Source: Bacilli bacterium
GTDB taxonomy: Bacteria; Bacillota_I; Bacilli_A; RFN20; UBA1709
NCBI GenBank assembly: GCA_045600465.1
Contig: JAZRXY010000028.1
Coordinates: 55,577 to 119,576 of the forward strand
Length of the DNA stretch: 64,000 nt
Reading direction: 5' to 3'
The first letter of the stretch is position 1. Every line of letters begins with the position of its first letter. Under the pieces are notes generated by a model. It was given only the letters and a program-made list of their open reading frames with translations. It made no database searches and was not told the DNA's origin. The position numbers were made by a program, and so were the translations under genes. Below are positions 58,201-64,000 of the stretch, piece after piece.

Positions 58201-59559
58201 ATGAAAAAACTAGTAAAGGCAATTGCCGCTTTAGCTGTTGCTGCAACAACATTAGTTGGCTGTGGTGAAGGCGGAAAATTCGTCGAAGGTGTCTCAAAAG
58301 ACACAATCAAAATTGGTGCAGCAATTGCATCAGAAGGTGCTTACGCATCAGTTGGTGTCCCATATGGTGACGAATACAAACTATATGTTGACTACATCAA
58401 CGCACACTTAGACAAATACCCAGAACTTCAAGGACACAAACTACAAGCTATCGTCTACGATGATAAGGGTGACGGTGCAGCAGGTGCACAATACATCAAC
58501 CAATTAATCGAAGATGACGACGTATTCGCATTAGTCGGTATCCTAGGAACATGGAACCTAGTCGCTGCAGAAGAAACATTAAAGAGCTGCGGTGTTCCTC
58601 AAGTTTACTACGGAACAGGTACATCAGTACAAATGTTCGATGGTTCAGCAGATTCACCATTCGCAACAGGAAATGAAAAATACATGATGGGCGTTCAACC
58701 TCTATATAAGACAGAAGGACGTTTAATGTATCTACGTTGCTTAACATATGCTGGATTCAACGATGTTAAGAAAATCGGTGTTGTTTACTCAACATCAGAT
58801 GATGGCCTATCACTAAAGGCTGGTATTGAAATGCAAGCTGCATTAGATACAAAGACAAATACAGAAATTATTTATCAACAAGTTTCAACAACTGTATCAA
58901 ACGAAATGACAGCACAAATCAAAGCTGTCGAGGACTGTGACGTAATTATCGCTGCAGGTAACCAAACATACTTCAAGGGTATCTATGATGCTGTTCAAAC
59001 AAATGAAAAAGCAAAAGGTACACCAATTCTAACAACATACGTTAACATCGCTCCAACAACAGTCCCAGATTCAGCTATTTCAGCTGGAGCATCAGATATC
59101 TATGGTGCTGCATGGGTTATCATTGGATACGAAACAGGTAACGAATCACCAGAAGCTGCAAGACGTGTTCAAGATTTACAAGACTTTGTTGACATCCTAA
59201 CATGGGCTAAAGATCAAGGCACCATCAATGCACAACAATTCGCAGATTACAGCATTAACGCATACGCTATGTCTTCATACATTGCTATTAAGATGTTCTT
59301 AAACGGTATGAAAGAATTAAAAGCAAAAGGCTACGATATCACACGTGCTAACTATCTAAAAGCAATGGAAGAAGCAGGTTCACTACCAGTAGCTATCTCA
59401 GGTTCAGTTAACTATCGTCCAAACGGCGAACGTATTGGTCTAGACTCACTATCATTCGTTAAATACGAAAAACCAGCAAGTGGTTCAGCACAAAGCGGTA
59501 CATTCGTACAAGTCGATGCAATGAAGTCAATCGATACACTATTCGCTGAATTAAAGTAA
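58201..59559 (+). CDS. LivJ/Peripla_BP_6-type substrate-binding lipoprotein
   Basis: Lipobox LVGCGE; 452 aa, type I periplasmic-binding fold pattern. Confidence 0.8.
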   Translation: MKKLVKAIAALAVAATTLVGCGEGGKFVEGVSKDTIKIGAAIASEGAYASVGVPYGDEYKLYVDYINAHLDKYPELQGHKLQAIVYDDKGDGAAGAQYINQLIEDDDVFALVGILGTWNLVAAEETLKSCGVPQVYYGTGTSVQMFDGSADSPFATGNEKYMMGVQPLYKTEGRLMYLRCLTYAGFNDVKKIGVVYSTSDDGLSLKAGIEMQAALDTKTNTEIIYQQVSTTVSNEMTAQIKAVEDCDVIIAAGNQTYFKGIYDAVQTNEKAKGTPILTTYVNIAPTTVPDSAISAGASDIYGAAWVIIGYETGNESPEAARRVQDLQDFVDILTWAKDQGTINAQQFADYSINAYAMSSYIAIKMFLNGMKELKAKGYDITRANYLKAMEEAGSLPVAISGSVNYRPNGERIGLDSLSFVKYEKPASGSAQSGTFVQVDAMKSIDTLFAELK

Positions 59560-59617
59560 TTTATTACTAAATTTATTTAATTTTCAAATTTAAAAAACAA
59601 AACATGACTAAATAATG

Positions 59618-59657
59618 GCAAGGGAGAGTCTTCCCTCTCTCCCTTGCATTATTTTAT
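59618..59657 (+). terminator. strong GC-rich hairpin with a U-rich tail between the binding-protein gene and the CoA-transferase gene
   Basis: GCAAGGGAGAG-8 nt-CTCTCCCTTGC (11 perfect bp) followed by ATTATTTTATT. Confidence 0.6.
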
Positions 59658-59675
59658 TATTAGGAGGGTTTAGTT

Positions 59676-61001
59676 ATGGAATATCAAGACAAATTAATTA
59701 GCATAAAAGAAGCTTTAGATTTAGTTAAATCGGATATGGTTATCGTTACAGGCCTTGGTGCTAGTGAAGCACTAGACTTCATGAATAACCTACATACAAT
59801 TGCTGACCGCGTTAAAAACGTTTATGTCAACAACTGCCTACCTATGAGTAAGTGTGAATTCTTGAATTATCCAGGATCATTCTTTGCAGATGGTTGGTTC
59901 TACACACCTTTATATAGAAAATTACAAAGAAATAACGGAAATGTTTCCTTTATTCCTAACCATCTACACTTTGCAGGAACAAGAAGATTAGAACACATTA
60001 GTCCTGATATCTTTGTTTGTGCTGCATCAATGCCTGATAAACACGGTTACATATCACTATCATTAGGTAACACATATGAAAAGCAAGCTTTAAAAGCTGC
60101 AAAAATTGTTATTTTAGAAATCAACCCTAACTATCCAAGAACATTTGGAGATGTTGAGGTTAATATAAAAGATGTCGACTATCTAGTTAAAGTCGATTAC
60201 CCAGTACCAACACTACCTGATGTTCCTTTCACAGAAAAGGATGAAAAGATTGGTAAATTCATCGCTGATTACGTTCACGATGGAGATTGCATTCAATTAG
60301 GTATTGGTGGAATTCCTAATGCTGTAGCAGAAGCACTAAAAGGTAAGAAACATTTAGGAATTCATACAGAAATGTTAACTTCTGGAATGGCAGAACTTAT
60401 TGAAATGGGTGTAGTTGATAACTCATGTAAACAAATCAATAATGGTAAGACTGTTACAACATTCATTTTAGGAAACCAAAAACTTTACGATTTAGTAAAT
60501 GATAACCCATCAATTATGGTTATGGATGGAAGTTATACAAACAATCCATTTATCATTGCTCAAAATGATAATCAAGTATCCATCAACACAACAGTTGAAG
60601 TTGACCTAACTGGTCAATGCTGTTCAGAATCAATTGGTTCAGAACAAATAAGTGGTAGTGGAGGACAAGCAGACACAGCTATTGGTGCTAGATTATCAAA
60701 GGGTGGCCGCTCAATTATTGCTTTATATTCAACAGCAATGGTTAAGAATCCAGAAACAGGTGAAAAAGAAGAGGTCTCAAAAATTGTTCCTCAACTAAAA
60801 CCAGGTGCTATTGTAACATTGCAACGTCAAGATGTTGACTATGTTGTTACAGAATATGGTATTGTTAACCTAACAGGTACAACAGTTGCAGAAAGAGTTG
60901 AAAAACTAATTTCAATTGCTCACCCTAAATATAGAGAAGATTTATACAAGCAAGCAGTTGCTTTGGGTATTTGTGGCGACTATCGTAAATATAACAAATA
61001 A
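59676..61001 (+). CDS. acetyl-CoA hydrolase/transferase family protein (4-hydroxybutyrate / butyryl-CoA:acetate CoA-transferase-like)
   Basis: 441 aa. LGIGGIPNAV, EVDLTGQCCSESIG, SGSGGQADT. Confidence 0.85.
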   Translation: MEYQDKLISIKEALDLVKSDMVIVTGLGASEALDFMNNLHTIADRVKNVYVNNCLPMSKCEFLNYPGSFFADGWFYTPLYRKLQRNNGNVSFIPNHLHFAGTRRLEHISPDIFVCAASMPDKHGYISLSLGNTYEKQALKAAKIVILEINPNYPRTFGDVEVNIKDVDYLVKVDYPVPTLPDVPFTEKDEKIGKFIADYVHDGDCIQLGIGGIPNAVAEALKGKKHLGIHTEMLTSGMAELIEMGVVDNSCKQINNGKTVTTFILGNQKLYDLVNDNPSIMVMDGSYTNNPFIIAQNDNQVSINTTVEVDLTGQCCSESIGSEQISGSGGQADTAIGARLSKGGRSIIALYSTAMVKNPETGEKEEVSKIVPQLKPGAIVTLQRQDVDYVVTEYGIVNLTGTTVAERVEKLISIAHPKYREDLYKQAVALGICGDYRKYNK

Positions 61002-61030
61002 AAATAGAAGTCTTCGAAAGGAGAAATAAA

Positions 61031-61849
61031 ATGGCTGTATTTAAATACAAAGGATTAGATTTCAATTATGAAATCCATGGGGAAGGAAAACCATTGCTAA
61101 TACTAAATGGAATTATGATGTCATGTATGTCATGGTATCCTTTACTCCCAAACTTAAAAGAAAATAACAAAGTTATTCTTGTCGATATGCTAAACCAAGG
61201 AAAATCAGCTCATGTTAATTTTGACTTTACTCAAGATTATCAAGTAGAACTAATTAAAGCTTTACTTGATGAACTAGAATTAAAGAAAGTTTCAATTTGC
61301 GGAATTTCTTATGGTGGCGAAGTTGCATTAAGATTTGCGGTTAAACATCAAGAATACATTGAACGCTTAGTATTATCAAATACATTAGCTTATACTAACT
61401 CTTGGTTAGGTGACATTGGTAAAGCATGGAACTTAGTAGCAGCAAGCGGAAATGGTGAAGCTTATTACTACACAACAATTCCTGTTATCTATTCACCAGA
61501 ATTCTACACATCAAGAAGTGAATGGATGGAAAATAGAAGAAAAATTTTAGTACCACTATTTAGTGATCCTAATTTCTACAATGCAATGATTGGTTTAACT
61601 AAGAGTGCTGATGATCACAACGTTTGTGATAAATTAAATACAATTACAGTACCAACATTAATTATAGGCTGTGATCAAGACTATTTAACACCTTTCCCAG
61701 AACAACAATACATTCATGACAATATCAAAGGTTCAAAACTAGTAAGAATTGAACACTCAGGTCATGCTTCAATGTATGAACAACCACTAGTTTGGACATC
61801 GTTAGTTACAGGTTTTGTTAATAGTAAAGATGTTGAATTTAAAATTTAA
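61031..61849 (+). CDS. alpha/beta hydrolase
   Basis: Nucleophile elbow GISYGG and a C-terminal HSGH. Confidence 0.8.
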   Translation: MAVFKYKGLDFNYEIHGEGKPLLILNGIMMSCMSWYPLLPNLKENNKVILVDMLNQGKSAHVNFDFTQDYQVELIKALLDELELKKVSICGISYGGEVALRFAVKHQEYIERLVLSNTLAYTNSWLGDIGKAWNLVAASGNGEAYYYTTIPVIYSPEFYTSRSEWMENRRKILVPLFSDPNFYNAMIGLTKSADDHNVCDKLNTITVPTLIIGCDQDYLTPFPEQQYIHDNIKGSKLVRIEHSGHASMYEQPLVWTSLVTGFVNSKDVEFKI

Positions 61850-61867
61850 AAATAAAGGAGAAATAAT

Positions 61868-62266
61868 ATGGCATTAAAATGTACAACAGGAAGTCTAACA
61901 AAGACAATTCTAGATGCAGACGTAAGAAAATTCTCAGAAGTCTCACTAGACACAAACCCACTTCATCTAGATGAAGAATTCGCAAAAACAACAATCTTCG
62001 GACGTAGAATTGCACATGGTATGATTAGCGCAGGTTTAATCTCAGCAGTTCTAGCTAACAAGTGCCCAGGACAAGGAACAATTTATCTAGGACAAACACT
62101 AGAATTCAAAGCTCCAGTATTCCTAGGAGATACAATCACAGCAACTGTTACAGTTGAAGATGAGGGTAGTAAGCCAGAAAAAGGTATCTACAAATTAAGA
62201 ACAGATGTAGTTAACCAAGATGGCAAACTAGTTACAACAGGTTTTGCTACAGTAATGTACAAATAA
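61868..62266 (+). CDS. MaoC-like (R)-specific enoyl-CoA hydratase / dehydratase
   Basis: DTNPLHLDEEFAKTTIFGRRIAHGM hot-dog motif. Confidence 0.85.
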   Translation: MALKCTTGSLTKTILDADVRKFSEVSLDTNPLHLDEEFAKTTIFGRRIAHGMISAGLISAVLANKCPGQGTIYLGQTLEFKAPVFLGDTITATVTVEDEGSKPEKGIYKLRTDVVNQDGKLVTTGFATVMYK

Positions 62267-62310
62267 TCGTCTTATTAAACGTTTTAGTTATATTTGATAA
62301 GATAATCATT

Positions 62311-62344
62311 AAAAGGCTCAATATTCGTTATTGAGCCTTTTTTG
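62311..62344. terminator. bidirectional intrinsic terminator
   Basis: AAAAGGCTCAAT-7 nt-ATTGAGCCTTTTTT. Confidence 0.8.
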
Positions 62345-62403
62345 TGGCATAAATGAGGTTATTTATATAAAGGAAATGTAAGGGAAGTTGCTTCAAAGTT
62401 TTT

Positions 62404-62440
62404 ATTTCGCAAATTCAAACAATTTTTATTTTTGCGAAAT
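62404..62440. repeat. 37-nt palindromic repeat, copy R1 (ATTTCGCAAA-17 nt-TTTGCGAAAT)
   Basis: 35 of 37 positions identical to copy R2 at 63672-63708, in the same orientation. It lies 11 nt beyond the ATPase stop codon. Confidence 0.85.
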
Positions 62441-62450
62441 GCGATAATTT

Positions 62451-63641
62451 CTAACTATTTAACCACCTTGCCATATCTATTATCTCAATCCCTTTATAAT
62501 CATAAGTTTCAGTTTTTGTTCTAGTTATTATTATTTTTTTATAGGCATCTTTTATTGATAACAATGGGTTAACTTCTCTTAAAAATGTCTCTTCGTTTGT
62601 AATAGTTGCACAAACTTGGACGTATATCCTTTCATTTTTCTTTATTGCGACAAAATCAATCTCTTTTTGATAAAGTTTACCAGTATATAATTCATATCCT
62701 TTTCGTAGTAATTCAATTGCGACTAGGTTTTCGTATAAATGTCCAAGATCGGCATATCTATTACCAAGAATCGATGTTTTAAAAGATAGGTCAGCTAAAT
62801 AGTATTTTTTATTTGATTCTAAATATTTATTACCTTTGACATCAAAACCCTTTATTGGATAAAACATAAAACTTTTACATAAATAATCAATATATGATCC
62901 ACAAGTCTTATCGTTAGTTTGATAACTAGAAGATGTTATTTTATTAGCAATATTTCTAATTGATGTTTGGTTGCCAATATTATCCATTAAAAATTCGTAT
63001 ACCATAGTTAAAAGATTTTCATTTTCAATTTGATATTTATCGATTATATCTCTAACGATAGTAGTTTTTACTATATTTTCTATATATTTAAAACCATCGT
63101 CCTCATTTTTATATAAATAGGAGCCAGACATTCCTCCACGATGAAAATAATCATCAAAAGAGGTGTCGATATCTTTGCTAGGGTAGTATTGCAAAAATTC
63201 TTTGAAAGAGAAGGGAAAAATTTTAATCTCAAAAACTCGCCCTCTAAATAGAGTTGCTAAATCACTGCTCAATAAAAAAGCGTTAGAACCAGTGAGATAA
63301 ATATCAAATTTTTCTTCTTCATAGAGGCTATTGATAACATGTTCAAAATTTTTGCACATTTGAATTTCGTCTATCAATAAATAATTTGTAAAATTTGGTT
63401 TGTATTGACTAGAAACATATTCATATAATTTATCTCCATCTAGCAATTTTTCAAATTGTTTAATATTTAGTTTGATATGAATTATATTGTTATTTTTACT
63501 ATCTTTTTTTAGGTAATTAACATAAGAATCCATTAACTTGGACTTGCCAGATCTTCTAATTCCTGTGATGACCTTGATATCGGGGACATTTTTAACATTT
63601 ATTAGTTGGTTTAGATATTGTTTTCTCTCGATTAATTTCAC
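62451..63641 (-). CDS. AAA+ ATPase with a DUF4143-like C-terminal domain (COG1373 type); GTG start
   Basis: Walker A GIRRSGKS, Walker B LLIDEIQ. 396 aa. Confidence 0.75.
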   Translation of the reverse strand: MKLIERKQYLNQLINVKNVPDIKVITGIRRSGKSKLMDSYVNYLKKDSKNNNIIHIKLNIKQFEKLLDGDKLYEYVSSQYKPNFTNYLLIDEIQMCKNFEHVINSLYEEEKFDIYLTGSNAFLLSSDLATLFRGRVFEIKIFPFSFKEFLQYYPSKDIDTSFDDYFHRGGMSGSYLYKNEDDGFKYIENIVKTTIVRDIIDKYQIENENLLTMVYEFLMDNIGNQTSIRNIANKITSSSYQTNDKTCGSYIDYLCKSFMFYPIKGFDVKGNKYLESNKKYYLADLSFKTSILGNRYADLGHLYENLVAIELLRKGYELYTGKLYQKEIDFVAIKKNERIYVQVCATITNEETFLREVNPLLSIKDAYKKIIITRTKTETYDYKGIEIIDMARWLNS

Positions 63642-63671
63642 TGTTATTCGCCTCCATAAATATTATACTAT

Positions 63672-63708
63672 GTTTCGCAAATTTAAACAATTTTTATTTT
63701 TGCGAAAT
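63672..63708. repeat. 37-nt palindromic repeat, copy R2, overlapping the ATPase promoter
   Basis: Minus-strand promoter TTGTTT (63690-63685), 17-nt spacer, TATAAT (63667-63662). The repeat covers the -35 hexamer and most of the spacer. Confidence 0.85.
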
Positions 63709-63734
63709 AAAAAGCATTGGATTTTACCAATGCT
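63709..63734 (-). terminator. minus-strand intrinsic terminator
   Basis: AGCATTGG-6 nt-CCAATGCT followed on the minus strand by UUUUU. It lies directly after the tandem modules. Confidence 0.55.
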
Positions 63735-63741
63735 AATTAAT

Positions 63742-63843
63742 AGGCTCTGTCAAATTGTCTGGGGTTTTGAATAAATATCAAAAAATGGCACCCCATACGA
63801 TTTGACATCTTTCAAAATAAAAATCCTCCTTTATAATTTATTT
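63742..63843. repeat. tandem module A (102 nt) containing an 18-bp imperfect hairpin
   Basis: Arms at 63748-63765 and 63790-63807. The flanks are identical to those of module B. Confidence 0.85.
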
Positions 63844-63946
63844 AGGCTCTGTCAAATCTGATGGGGTTTTGGAAAAATAGTCTAAGAAACGACCCCACTA
63901 GATTTGACATCTTTCAAAATAAAAAATCCTCCTTTATAATTTATTT
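63844..63946. repeat. tandem module B (103 nt) containing an 18-bp imperfect hairpin
   Basis: Arms at 63850-63867 and 63892-63909. The loop has diverged and the mid-stem changes preserve pairing. Confidence 0.85.
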
Positions 63947-63966
63947 ATCAGACAATTATAAGGAGG
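63928..63966 (+). promoter_or_regulatory. hairpin able to sequester the SD of the gene starting at 63974
   Basis: CCTCCTTTATAATT pairs with AATTATAAGGAGG (13 bp, one bulged U). Confidence 0.4.
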
Positions 63967-63973
63967 AAGAATC

Positions 63974-64000
63974 ATGTTAGATTCCAATGAAATTTTATCA
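63974..64000 (+). CDS. start of an unidentified gene (MLDSNEILS...), truncated by the window edge
   Basis: AAGGAGGA SD 6 nt upstream of the ATG; only 9 codons are visible. Confidence 0.4.

Noticed and set aside
63538-63774. A 78-aa plus-strand track ORF across the ATPase start and the repeats.
   Set aside because: It runs antisense through the ATPase N-terminus and through the promoter, repeat and terminator elements, and it has no SD.
63742-63946. Integron attC sites or a CRISPR-like array as the explanation for the tandem modules.
   Set aside because: No GTTRRRY/RYYYAAC cores, no integrase and no cassettes lie between the units. There are only two units with no spacer/repeat periodicity and no cas genes, so this is not a CRISPR array. 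No CRISPR array was seen anywhere in the window.

Overview
This is a low-GC window (about one third G+C by eye) from the chromosome of a Bacillota bacterium. The compact gene order suggests an anaerobic, Erysipelotrichia/Mollicutes-like Firmicute: tgt/yhhQ, proS, PFOR, PduL, rubrerythrin, uvrA-hprK-lgt-whiA, and a gap-pgk-tpiA-gpmI-eno operon. I cannot name the species from sequence alone.

I support about 62 protein genes, 2 tRNAs (Lys-CTT, Leu-GAG), one intact IS200-type element and many intrinsic terminators. I saw no rRNA, CRISPR array or prophage. Most of the window is core metabolism.

The items most worth a second look:
1. A TetR-headed 11-gene cluster (51.1-62.3 kb). It combines FabG-like, KAS-III-like and MaoC-like enzymes, a CoA-transferase and an alpha/beta hydrolase with a complete Liv-type ABC importer. 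The transporter ATPase carries a ~260-aa coiled-coil extension.
2. A strongly translated 31-codon Phe/Tyr-rich leader ORF with mutually exclusive hairpins and a terminator, upstream of a COG2984-type ABC importer.
3. An SDR plus serine-palmitoyltransferase-like alpha-oxoamine synthase operon.
4. A sigma-70-like protein fused to a ~165-aa G/A/T/S/V/I low-complexity region.
5. A Crh-like HPr (Gly15, Ser46) in the same window as hprK, plus cre-like boxes.
6. At the right edge, a DUF4143 AAA ATPase gene bracketed by a 37-nt palindromic direct repeat. It is followed by two tandem ~102-nt hairpin modules that show a compensatory base-pair change.

All function calls come from by-eye motif recognition in the supplied translations. 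No database search was run.
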